A stretch of DNA of 64,000 nt. Origin: Antechinus flavipes (taxonomy: Eukaryota). Every line of letters starts with the position of its first letter. Position 1 is the stretch's first letter. Under the pieces are notes generated by a model. That model was not told where the DNA came from, did not search any database, and saw nothing but the letters and a program-made list of their open reading frames with translations. This document shows, piece after piece, positions 1 to 11,015 of the stretch. The position numbers and the translations under genes were made by a program. The stretch covers positions 619,256,001 to 619,320,000 of the forward strand of contig NC_067400.1 of NCBI RefSeq assembly GCF_016432865.1. Direction: 5' to 3'.

Positions 1-19
1 AGCGTGGTTTGGGTGAAAA

Positions 20-460
20 ACTGTAAACTTGGTCAGAGAACCCAGGTTAAAGTCCTAGCTTGACAATTTCATACCTATAGCCTCCCATCTCCTCATCTGT
101 AAGATAATGTTGAACTAGATAATTTCCAAAATCCTTTCCCATTTTAATCCACCAATCAATGCCATTAGAATCTTGGGTCCTAACAAATGTGCTGGCCTGA
201 ATACCCTAGAATGGAACTAAATTTAGAGATTCCCAAAGTGACAGATCTTTTGTCTCATGACAATACATGAACCATATGACATTGTGATGAGTCACCCACA
301 ATAGAATACATATAAAGGAGACAGGGCACTATATTTGGAGTCAGAAGACCAGTGTCACTAATTACCTGTGTGATCTTGATCAAGTCACCTGAATGCTCAT
401 CAGTAAAATGAAAGTTAAACAAGATGGCCTCCAAAGTGCCTTCTAGATCTAACTCTCCTG
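20..460 (+). mobile_element. MIR/MIR3-like SINE fragments
   Basis: Core motifs ctcatctgtaagataatg..ttgaactagat and ctgtgtgatcttgatcaagtcac..gtaaaatg..gatggcctcc. Confidence 0.55.
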
Positions 461-809
461 GTCCATGAAATATGCACAGGGAGTCTAAGTAAGTCAAAAG
501 TCCCTAAGGAGCCTGAGTACAAATCCCCTGAAGTTTTCTCCTAATGGGGTACCTCCTTATGGGGTAAAAGAAAGTGTGACCTGGTCCTTGGAATCCAAGC
601 TCTGGGAATGCAATGGGCACCGGCCAGTCAACTTATTATAGGTTGCTGATTGTAGAGATGCTCACCCTCAAAAGTTGATCCCCCAGGGAGTATTGCTTGG
701 TGGCCACAGTTACCTGTGGCCCTTGGAGGTTGTTAACTGCCATCCTGATGAAATTATAGATTCTTTGAGTGTCAAAGAGAGGTTGTATGACATCAATGGT
801 ATGTCCATG

Positions 810-2000
810 AGTCAATTAGCTTTTAAATGCATACCATGTGAGAAATGTGCTAGGTGCTGGGGACACAAAGAAAAGCAAAAAAAAAAAAAAAAAACAGACC
901 CTGATCCCAAGGTGCTCCCCATGTAATAGGGCAGACAGCGTGCTCACAGCTATGTACAAACAAGATAGAGATAGGATAGTATAATGGCTTCTCTCTATTC
1001 ACTATTTCTAATTTACCCTAATATGTAGCAGTGTGAGAGGAGAGATGTTATGAAGGTAAAATTGACAGGCTTTGGCAAGAGATTCAATGGGGGAGTGGGT
1101 ATCAGAGCAAAGAGTTAAAGATGACACCTAGGCTTCAAGATTGTCTGACTAGGAAGATAATGATACCCCTGATGGTAAAAGGGAAGTTAGAAAGAAAAAT
1201 TGGGGGGGTGGGGTGAGAAATAATAATGAATTCTGTTTTCCATATGTTGACATCCAGTTTGAGATGTCCAGTAGGCAGGTGGAGATGTGAAGGTTAGGAG
1301 ATAAGTGAGGGCTGGATAAGTACATCTGAGAATCAACAGAGATGATTACTGAATCCATGGAAGCTAATGAAATCACCAAATGAAACAGTATGGAATGAGA
1401 AAAGAAGAGGACTCGGGCAGAGTCCCGTGAGACACCTCTCATTAGCAACTTGGATGAAGACCCAGCAAAGGAGACTGAGAAGGAACTGACAGAACCAGAG
1501 AAAACCTAGAGAAAAACTAGGATCAAGAAAGAGGGAGCAATATAGAGTGTTAATGGCTCCAGAAAAGTCAAGGATGAAGACTTTAAAAAGTCCATTGGAT
1601 TTGGCAATAAAGAGAGCATTCGTAACTTTGGAGGAGGCAGTTTAAGTTGAATCATGAGGTAAGAAGCCAGACTGTAGAATTAAGAAGAGAGTAAGAGGAG
1701 AGGCAATGGAAGCACTAAGCGTAGATGGCTTTCTCAAGGTGTTTACCTACAAAAGGGAAGAGAGATGGACAGATCAAGTGAAGGTTTTTTAAGGGTGAGG
1801 AAGACCCGGGCATGTTTGTAAGCAGTAAGAAAGTAGCCCTTAGACAGGGAAAGCTTGAAGATAAGTGATAGAGTGAAGATGAAAGTGAGAGAGATTTGCT
1901 ATCCCTTGAACATATTATAGCAAGTGATAACCCTGGTGATGAAAACAGCCAATTCTATAAGTGAAAGAGTAGTGAAGGAGGAGATAGTGGCAGAATGTAC
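810..2000 (-). mobile_element. LINE-2 (L2) fragment including its 3' end
   Basis: The L2 3' end in antisense (gtgctaggtgctggggacacaaag...) and the typical gagatgtccagtaggcag block are present. The minus-strand translation DSQMYLSSPHLSP..CLLDISNWMS resembles L2 ORF2. Confidence 0.8.
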
Positions 2001-2984
2001 AGCATTCTCCTCCTAAACCTTACTGACTGCTGGTGATCTACCTGATCTTTCACCCAAGTTTTCAAGGCCTAGCTTGACCACCATGACTATGGTCATTGGA
2101 CAGAGCACTTAATTTGGAATAAGAAGGACTTGGCGTGAAGCTGAGGAATACCTTTGTTGCAGAAGCAAGTACAACCTAAATGTGGCTTTTTGCCCAGCTT
2201 TTGAATCCTGACTCATTGCCTTACCAAGAGCTCTCTCCTCTCAGAAGCCTCTTCTCCCCTGGTTGACCAGAATTGACCAGATTGATTATTGATTAATAAA
2301 AAAATACAAATATGAAGTCATAGATGATGAGCTATAATGGACCCAGAAGCCACCTAGATCAACATCCCCCACTGCAGATAAGGAAACTGAGGCCCATATA
2401 GGATAAGTGATTCTTCCAGAATCACAAAGTGTTAACCAAAAACAATATCACAAGTCCATGAGACATTTAATAAATAAAAGTAGATGTGAACTTGTCTTCT
2501 GACTCCAAAACTGACTCTACTGCCTATTATGCATTCCTCACCTTCCTCATGATTCTACTATTTTCCCCAGTTAATTCCCAGAAGTCACTAAAAATTGTTA
2601 TTACAGTGGGGTAATACTGACTCTGAAATTTACTAAAATGAGATAATATATGTAAATTGTTGGGCAAATCTTAAAATTCAATCAAATTCATTCAACTCCT
2701 CTACATTAGGCATTGAATTCTCCTTGCCCTTTAAACTGATAGGTTTAGTCACCTAAAATTTCAGTATCATTTCTTCAAGTTCATCCCCAAAGTTTACAAA
2801 AATAAAAGCTATTTCTTATGCTTCTTTTACCCCATCTTATATTTCCCTCTCACTCTCTCACCTGGCCAAGAACTAGCCAGTTCTAGGCTGAGCTTTGCCC
2901 CTAACGTGCTGCTCTGTGACTTTGGGTAAAGTACGTTACTCCTCTAGACTTCAAACTCAAGGTCAGGAGGATCAGAGCTGGGAG

Positions 2985-3200
2985 GGACATTAGAACAGCG
3001 AGTGTCCAGGTGGTGGGAGGGTTAGAACAGGGGATGTCAGAACTCGGGAGGGGGAATTAGAACAGGGAATGTCAGGAGGAGGGGCTTTAGAACAGGGGCT
3101 GTCAGCTGGGGGGGGCTTAGAACAAGGGATGTCTGGGAAGGGCCTTAGAACAGGAGGTGTCTGGGAGGGACCTTAGAATAGGGAAGGTTAGAGCTGGGGG
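2985..3200. repeat. ~30-bp minisatellite, about 7 copies (GGGxxTTAGAACAGGGxTGTC)
   Basis: TTAGAACA recurs at roughly 30-bp intervals. Confidence 0.85.
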
Positions 3201-3334
3201 AGCCCTTGGTGCAGTCAGGGTCAGGCCATGGAAGTGACTGGGACATAACATCTAACCATTGCTCCCTCTCTTTCACCGATCTTCTGAACTTGACTCTTCA
3301 GGAACTCTAGCTCTGTTCTTACCATCCTTCTCTC

Positions 3335-3645
3335 AACTGGCCAATAAACAAGCGAATCCTTCTCTGGAGGCCACACCTCCTCCAAATTAGACCAATAGAG
3401 AAAGGTCATCAGGCACCAATGGGGCGTCGACCTTCTCCGACCAGAAAGAGGCTGGTCCCGCCCGCAACGCCTAAATCAGAGAGCAGAAGAGTAAGGGAAA
3501 AGAGGAGGAGCCTGGGCCAGCTTCCGTCAGTTGGGGGCGGGGCCTATCGCGGCTCCTCCAATAGGCTGAACGAGTCTGGGGCAGAAGGGAGGAGGGTCCA
3601 GCGGAGGCCTCGCCTCCTAGAGTGGGGCTAGAGGCCTGAGGTGAC
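3335..3645 (+). promoter_or_regulatory. Multi-CCAAT promoter of the TEX101-like gene with a probable non-coding first exon
   Basis: CCAAT at 3341, 3392, 3416 and 3558, a GC box (GGGGCGGGGC) near 3534, a donor GAG|GTGACG near 3641, and an acceptor at 3991-3992 just before ATG 4010. Confidence 0.6.
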
Positions 3646-4009
3646 GAAGGGGTTGGGACTCCGAGTCCCCCCCAGGAGGGGACTGACAGGAGGTCGAAGG
3701 GAAACTTCTTGGTCCCGTGGGGGAGGGCATCCCCAGAATTACGTGGGGGAGGGGATGACCCCAGGGTTACGTAGGGGAGGGGGCACGTGGATCTCCCGAG
3801 GAAAGAGATGATCCCAGGATCCCGTGGGGGAGGGGATGATCCCAGGGTCCGGATGGGGAGGGGATGCCCGCATCCTTCTATCAGACCACAAGCATCTTCC
3901 CCCCTTTTCTCCCCTTCAGCACCCTCCCTCTCCCGGGCCCTCCTCCCCGGCGGCATCACAGACGGAGCAGTGGCCGCCACCTCCTGCTGCAGGTCCCTGA
4001 TCGGGGACC

Positions 4010-5419
4010 ATGGCCCCCGGGTGGACGAGGATCCCACTGCGCCTCTTTCTCCTGGGAGCTGCCCTGGCCCTCACGGGTGGGTGTTTGGGCCGAGGCTCCG
4101 CGCTGGGACCCTGGGTGGGAGCTGGTCCCCAAGGCAGGGCCAGCGTCTCCTCCCTGCTGCTTTCCCCGCAGGAGCCCTCTTCTGTCACCGGGGCATCCTG
4201 ATCCGCCTTGGGAGAATCCCCACCCAGTTCCTGGCCAACTGGACGCTATCGCAGGAGCAATGTGATGAAGAGGACATGTGTCAGGACACCATTCTGATCT
4301 TAGAGACAGGTAGCCCGGAGGAGGAGCCCCTCCCCCCCAGCCTTCCTTCCTTTGAGCCTCTCTGCCTTCTGAAGATCCCAGTCTGAGAGCCGGCAGGGAC
4401 TCATAGTCTGCTGTCAGCCTTTTCCTGGGCGCTGACCTTCCCTGGTCTAGATTGGTTCCTAGCTCTGACATTCTCGGTTCTAAATTTGCTCCCAGTTCTG
4501 GCGTTGATGCTCTAAGATCCTCCCAACTTTGCCATGTCCGTTCAAGGTAGCAGCAACATGCGGAGTTGGAAGGATTGTTAGGCGATGTCCAAACTGTCTG
4601 GTTTTACTCCCGACCCGGAAACACAACTCGCTGCGGCGGAGGCTGCCCAGCTCCCTTTGGGGCGGCGCTAATTGGCAGGACATTTTGTTTGAAATCTGCT
4701 TCCTGTGACCCCCATTGCTCCCGTTTTGAACCCAATACATTTTGTTACCAGCCTGTCCTGCAGGACCCTGCCCGGCCCTCGTGGTGAGAAAAGCAGGTCT
4801 TTTATGAGAAGGTAGCACCTGGCCCCAGGCAGCTTCCGTCTTGGGGGGGTCTGGCCCTGCCCCAGAATCGTCTGGCACCGGGAAGGGGGCCAGTCCCCTG
4901 TGCTCCAGGAGAGTGTGACCAGGAGGAGCTGAGAGGAACTGAGAAAGGCTCGGGGGCAGGGGGCAGCCGAACTGAGCTTTGAGAGAGGAGCATTCTGGGA
5001 GGAGGAAACAGACTGCGTGGGAGGGCCAGAAGAATAGACATCCGGCCACCGAGCTGAATTTGAAATCTTGTGGGGATCAACGTAAACTCTTGTTCTCAGG
5101 CCCAAAAAATCAATTTCCAGTCTGAGGCAGAGCTAGTTTGACTAGTGAGGACTCAGGGATGCGCAATAAGCCCAGAAAGGCACATTGGAGCCAAACTGCG
5201 AAGAGCCTGCGATCCTGGGCTGAGAAAGGGGGAAGTGTCCGGGATGTCCCCGGGCCGGGCAGTTAGAAGGAAGTGACCTTTTGCCCCATTCGATTCTAAT
5301 CCCATTCCACATTGCCTTCTAGAACAGCTGTATCGATTCACAGCTCCACCAACAATGTACTGATTTGTTTTAGAAGACTTTCTAAGATTCTGCCAAAGGG
5401 GAAAGAGGAAGAGAGAGAC

Positions 5420-5452
<33 letters not shown>

Positions 5453-8400
5453 AAACAGGAGCGGGGGAGAGGAGGAGAGGGAAGGAAGGAGGGAAAGAGA
5501 AAACAGGGGGGAGGGAGGGAAAGAGAAGGAGGCAGAGAGGGAGAGAGTTTAAAGGGATGGCAGGTTCAAGGCAAGTTTTTTCTCTTGCTTTTTTGGGTGG
5601 TTTGGTGGGCTTTGCTTTTGCTTTTTTAGGATAGAGAACACCTGCCTATATTTTAAGCAGCAGTGAACAGGCCAGGAGAGAACAGGACATTGAAGACGTG
5701 ACCAATGAACAAGGTCCTGAAGGAACTGGGAGGGACAGAAACACGAAGACCCACAGAAGAGCACGTTGGGGAGAAGGGCACCTCATCCTCAGGCTGGAGA
5801 AGAGGAGAGGACGGATGGAGCTGGGCTGAAGGGGGAGCAGCTGCTGTGGGCAGTCCGGTAGGGACCAGAGAGAGGAGCGCCCAGGCCAGGAACAGGCCGT
5901 GGTCTCCTAAGGGAGCCAACCCATGGTTCGATGGCCTCCTCCAGCCTTTGGTTTTCCTTTGTTTGGAAGCAGGAGCAGAAAGGGGGGAGGGAGCAGCTGT
6001 GAACAGCAGGAACAGATGGAATGGAAGAACTCGGGAGTCCGGATGGTGGCGAGCAGTTAGCCGGAGCCTAATGGAGACGGAAGGGGTCTGGTGTACGCCC
6101 AGCACTTCATACACAGCCCTGGCGCAGAGGCTGTCGTCTCCCAGACAAGAAAAGTAACTTACGGGTTAAGGGCCCAGAGTCACTCTGGAAGGAAGCGTCC
6201 AAGGCAGGATTTGAACTCGGGTTTTCCTGGTTCAGGTGCCTCCTAAGCCGCCTCTCCCGCACTGTGGAGAGAGGAAAAGGAGGTCAGTATGGAGGTGATG
6301 GATTGGGGGAACAGGGAAGGATGAAGGAGCCAGAGACGGGAGAGCAGGAAAAGCAAGTGTGAGAGGAGGCAGGTGCAGGGAGAGACAAGAGAAAGGATAA
6401 ACCTGAGATTGAAGCTGGAACCCTGGGGATCACCTAGACCCCCAGGCTTCATCCAGCTGCCAGGAAACTGAGGTCCAGAGAACCTTAGTCCAGAATCACA
6501 GGGTCAGAGTCAGAAAGGGGCTCGGGATGCAAGATGGTGGGCCGCCCCCCGGTGCCCTAGGGTAGAGGAAATGGAGGGGGGACCATAGGCCTGGGGGTCA
6601 ATGGTCATTGGTGTGAATACAGAGGGGCCAAGCTGGGCCCTACACTCCTCCAGGAAGGGAGGCCCTGGAGAGGAGGGTTCCAAAGGGGGTCCCGGGCTGG
6701 GGGCTCCTGCCTAGAGAGGCTCCGAAGGCCTGGAGTTTCTCTCTCCCCCTCCCCCCAAGGCGTAAGGTGGGAAAAGCCTAGAAGAGGGGGAGACGGGGAG
6801 CCCCAGAACAGGGACCGATGGCAGGAGGCCCCTCGGGAGCCAGGTCCCTTCCCATTCCAGGCCTGCGTCGCTGCCCGTGTTTGGGCCAGGGCAGGATTTG
6901 AAGCCGGGCCTTCCGGCCAGTGGGGCCTACGGCTCCCGCCCTGAGGAGCTCTGTCTTTCAGAACTGCAGGGCATCATCATCGCCACCAAAGGGTGCTTCC
7001 GCGAGACCCTGCAGGAGCCCACCGTCGTCAAGTACACGCAGCCCCCCGGCGTGGCGGCCACGTCCTACACGCACTTCTGCTCCACCGACTTCTGTAACAA
7101 TTACACTGACCCGAAGCCGCTGACGAAGCCCCCCAGAGGGGCAGGTGAGAACCAGAGCGGCCCAGCCTTGGAGCAGCATCTCTGACTCCTGCTGTGCGCT
7201 CAAGCAGGGCCCTTCCGCTCTCCGGGCCTCAGTCTGCTGCTCTGCATGGTGGGCCCGTCCCAGACGAGGTTCCGTGGAGCTCCATGGACCAGATGGGCCC
7301 TAAATCCCACGGAGACCCTGACATTGTCCCAGCCCAATCCTTGTGACCCACCTGGGGTTTTCGAGCAAAGTTTTCAGAGGGTTTGCTGTTTCCTTCCCAG
7401 ATGAGGAAACTGAGGCAATTGCCCAGGGTTCCAGGGCCGGACAGCTAGTAAGTACCAGAGGCGGGATTTGCACTTGGGTCCTCCCGAGTCTGAGCCCGGG
7501 GCGCTCTCTGCTGTACTACCCAGCTGCCCGCTCTGATGACTGGACAAGGTTGGGTAACAGCTGGATTATTGGAGATCTTGGGGGAGAGTCCATATGGGTC
7601 AATATGGAAGGAAATGGCTGATGGATTCGGGCAGGGAGAGATGGGAAGGACCCCGCGGGGTGGGAACGCTCCCTGGATTTAGAGCCAGTGGGTCTGGGTC
7701 CATGTTGGTGACCAGCTTGTGATCCCGGGGTCTCGGTGGCCTTCTCCTTAGGATCCGACCTCCAGGGTCCCTTCCAGCTCTGCTAGGTTGAGCCAGGCCC
7801 TAGACCCATGGATGTGGCAGCTGGGTGGCAGGGCCTGAGGGCCCACCCCTCCCCTGTCCCCCAGTCAAAAGTTGGCCGTCCCGGTCAGTCAGAGCAAAGG
7901 GCCTTGGGTGGGGGCCCACAGAGCTTGGGCTTCCCCACGGGTTCTAGGCGCTGGGCCCTCCCGCCTCTGAGAGCCTGGGGACACAGTCCCCAAGTTGGGT
8001 CTGCAGGGGCCCCGCTGACGGCCTTTCTCCTCCCCTTCCAGTCAGCCCCCACCAAGAGGGCCTCATGTGCCCCACCTGTGTCTCCCTGGGGCCCTGTGTC
8101 CCCGGCTCTCCGGTCATGCACTGCCCTAAGCTCACCCTTTCCTGCTACAGCGGGACCATCATGATCAAGGGAGGTAGGTGGGAAGTCAGACGGGCTGGGG
8201 AGGGCTGCCCCACCCCGCAGGGCCGGCTCCCAGAGGACACGGGGTCCCCAGGGCTGTGGGGAGCCCCCCGGGTGGTGCCTGGAGACAGAGACCCCCTGCT
8301 GAACACCCTCCCCCCTCCCCAGGAGGCATCTGGACTCCAGTGGACCTGGAGGGCTGCATGGGCGAGATCAGCTGCCGCCTGCTGAACAAAACGCACACCA

Positions 8401-8531
8401 TCGGGCCCCTGGAAGTGAACGAGCTGTGCGACCGCAGCAGCTTGTTTGATAACTTCAGGATGGACGGGGCCAGCGGCCCGCTCCCCGCCTCTGTGTGGGC
8501 TCTGGGCCTGGGCTCCCTGCTGCTCCTGTAG
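4010..8531 (+). CDS. TEX101: TEX101-like GPI-anchored Ly6/uPAR protein with two LU domains, 242 aa, 5 coding exons
   Basis: Exons 4010-4076 (signal peptide MAPGWTRIPLRLFLLGAALALT), 4172-4309, 6962-7144, 8042-8173, 8323-8531. All introns are GT-AG phase 1 and the exons total 729 nt. Motifs LFC..NWT..C..CQDTILI, ATKGC..PPG..TSY..FC..FCNN and CPTCVSLG.C..CY.G..KGGGI..GC..CRL..GP..E.C resemble TEX101, and there is a hydrophobic GPI tail. Orientation opposite to LYPD3 matches human TEX101. Orthology versus CD177/Lypd10/Lypd11 needs a tree. Confidence 0.8.
5410..5550. repeat. GA-rich microsatellite / low-complexity tract
   Basis: Runs of gagaca, gaga and ggga. Confidence 0.85.
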
Positions 8532-8599
8532 CCTGGAGGGGAGGCCAAGGGCCCCCTGGTGGGCCTGTCTAGGGCCCCATGCCCCCACTGAAGTCAGCT

Positions 8600-8945
8600 T
8601 CTGCCCCTTGCTGCCCCCTGCTGCTCCCTCCTGTCCTCTGACACTTCCCTCCTGCCTCCTGCCCCCTCCCTCCTCCCTTTTACCACCCCCTTCCTCATCT
8701 TTCCTCCCTCCTCCCTTTTGCCTTCTCCCTCCTGCCTCCTGCTCCTGCTGCCCCCTTCTGTTTCCTCCTACCCCCTCCCTCCTGTCCCTTCCTTTCTCCC
8801 TTTTACCCCCTGCCTCCTCCTCCTCCTCCCTTTTACCACCCCCTCCTCATCTTTCCTTCCCCCTCCTCCTCCCTTTTGCCTTCTCCCTTGTCCCTCCCGG
8901 CCCCCGTCTCTTCCCTTCTCCCTTTGCTTCCTCCCTCCTGGCCCC
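8600..8945. repeat. CT-rich low-complexity tract in the 3' UTR of the TEX101-like gene
   Basis: Runs of cctcct and ctgcctcct, with a duplicated cttttaccaccccct.ctcatctttcc motif. Confidence 0.8.
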
Positions 8946-9397
8946 TCTCACACTCTCTCAGCTCATGGCCAAGGATGTCTGAAGACCAGACTTAGAATCA
9001 TCCCATGAAGTCCTAGCTCCTTCCCAGGACAAGAGCCCGGCTCCAGGAGCCCAGGCAGGCGCTGCTCCAGCCATCACTACGGTCACAAAAGGGACCTTTT
9101 TTTGCTGTAATAGACACAAGGGATAGAAGGTCCCGCTGCCAGTCGTACCTTCACACGCCCGGTTTTCACTCAGATGCTTCCGAATTTGCATTTTGGTCTC
9201 GTCCCCGCCGTGTCAGACTCTCCAGAATCGGCCAGAGCGGCACGTTTGGGTGGTCTTACGTTCACTGTGCCAGGAGCTTTCCATAGACCACGTGCTAGTG
9301 GGCTGCATTTCGGGATCCGCTGGGTGACCTTTTCTTTTGATAGAGGAATTCAGCCCATTTACATTTAAGGTTGTTTGGTTCGTGATTATGTTTTACT

Positions 9398-9406
9398 TTT
9401 ATTAAA
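9398..9406 (+). terminator. Probable polyA signal of the TEX101-like gene (ATTAAA 9401-9406)
   Basis: First canonical hexamer seen after stop 8531, in an AT-rich patch with T-rich flanks. Confidence 0.45.
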
Positions 9407-10833
9407 TTATTTTGTCAAAAAAAATTTGCTGGCACTAAATCTCCCCCTGACCCTCCCCCTCACACACACATGCACTCTTCTTCCCCCTAGTTTTTGGTGA
9501 CCGCCCCTTTCTTCCCCCTCCCTCCAGCCTCGCCCCGACTCTCTCACAATGGCTGCTGACATTTACCCAGGGCTGTGCTCGCCCTTCACACAGATTCCTT
9601 CCGATCCCCACCCACAGGCCGGGGAGGTAGATCCTGTTCTCCCCGTTTCACAATTGCAGAAATTGAAGCAGATGTGAAGTGACTTGCAGGAGTCACGCAG
9701 TAAGGCTGGATTTGAACTCGGGGCTCTCTCTCAGACACACAGTACACTGCCGGCTCCTCCCCTTCTTCAGCTGTGATTCGTGTGATTTAAAGTTCTAGTT
9801 CCCAGTTTAGTCCAAACTTATTTTTTCCCTGAGAAAGCACAAGCCCAAAAGGGTCCAATGACTCTGCCAGGGTCCCAGGGCAGGGTGGGATCGAGCCCGG
9901 GGCCTGTCCCCATTCCAAACTCTGTTGGAGCTGGCTTTCCCCACCCCCCCAGGGGCAACAAGCCTCCCCTGGGCTTCCTGCCCCTGCTGGGAGGGCACGG
10001 GCTCCTAAAGGCCGCTCGGGGCCTGGGTCCGGGTTAGCTGAGACGCTCCTGTCCGAGGAAGGCCTTCGGCTCAAGGCTCCCGGCCAGAATCTCGCTGGGT
10101 CTCGGGCCATTGCCCTGGGCTCCCACCCGGTCTTTCCAGGAGGCGGCCGGGCCATGCAGGAGGGACGGGCAGCAGCCCCCGGCAGCGTCCTCTGCCCTTC
10201 TCAGACAGCGCTTGTCATCTGAGGCTTTTTACTTCTGCCTCGGGGCCCGGAGCTGGCTGGGCCCAGGCCCCGGTTCTTTGGGCCTCATCCTGCCTTCCTG
10301 CACGCCATCTCCCCCGAGAAGGCGACGTCTATGGCGACCAGAGACCGCCTACGAGCCCAGGGAGGCCCCTGTCCCACCTCCGGCCCAGGAGCCAGGGAGG
10401 CCCCTGGAAAGCTGCCGCACACAGGGCAAACTCGTTTGGGCTGCGGGGAAGCTGCCCCCCCGGTGCCCGGCCGTGAGACAGACCTCGGGCCTCTGGCAGG
10501 GGCCGGGGCGGGCTTGGTCAGCCTGCGGGCCCTCCTGGCATGGCACCCACACAGACCGCGCACAGGGGCTGCAGACACCACTTTGTAACACGGAGCCTGA
10601 GGCCCGGGGGCGGGCACCGAGGGCCTAGAGCTGGATCTGGGACTTCCACTCCCAATCTGGGGCCGCAGGGCCGGCAAGAGCGGGACCCCCTCCTAGAAAC
10701 GGGGCCTGGGGAGGGCGGGGGTCCCACCTGAAGGAAGGGTAACAGTAGGAAGGCCCCAAGAAGGGAGCTGTGTCCAGTGATCCACACTAAGGGCTGGCGG
10801 CCGAGAGCAGGGACGGACTAGTCCATTTAAATC

Positions 10834-10839
10834 TTTATT
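10834..10839 (-). terminator. PolyA signal of the extra Ly6/uPAR paralog
   Basis: TTTATT on the plus strand, about 180 nt past stop 11016. Confidence 0.7.
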
Positions 10840-11015
10840 TGGTATCTGTGCGGCAGGCGGCCCCGGCTCGGGTTGCTGCACTTTGGGTGCATCTCCTGCC
10901 CCTGGGATCCCGGGGCCACCCCCTCTGCCGGCCCCAGGCAGCCCCCGGGCCTGGGGGGGCCCCTCTGCCCGGCTCCCCGGGGGACTATGGGACGTCCAGC
11001 CGGGGAAGCCTCGGC

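Noticed and set aside
8320-8325. NAGNAG tandem acceptor (CAGGAG) at the last exon of the TEX101-like gene
   Set aside because: It would only remove one Gly from a GGG run. GAG is a weak acceptor and such sites are common.
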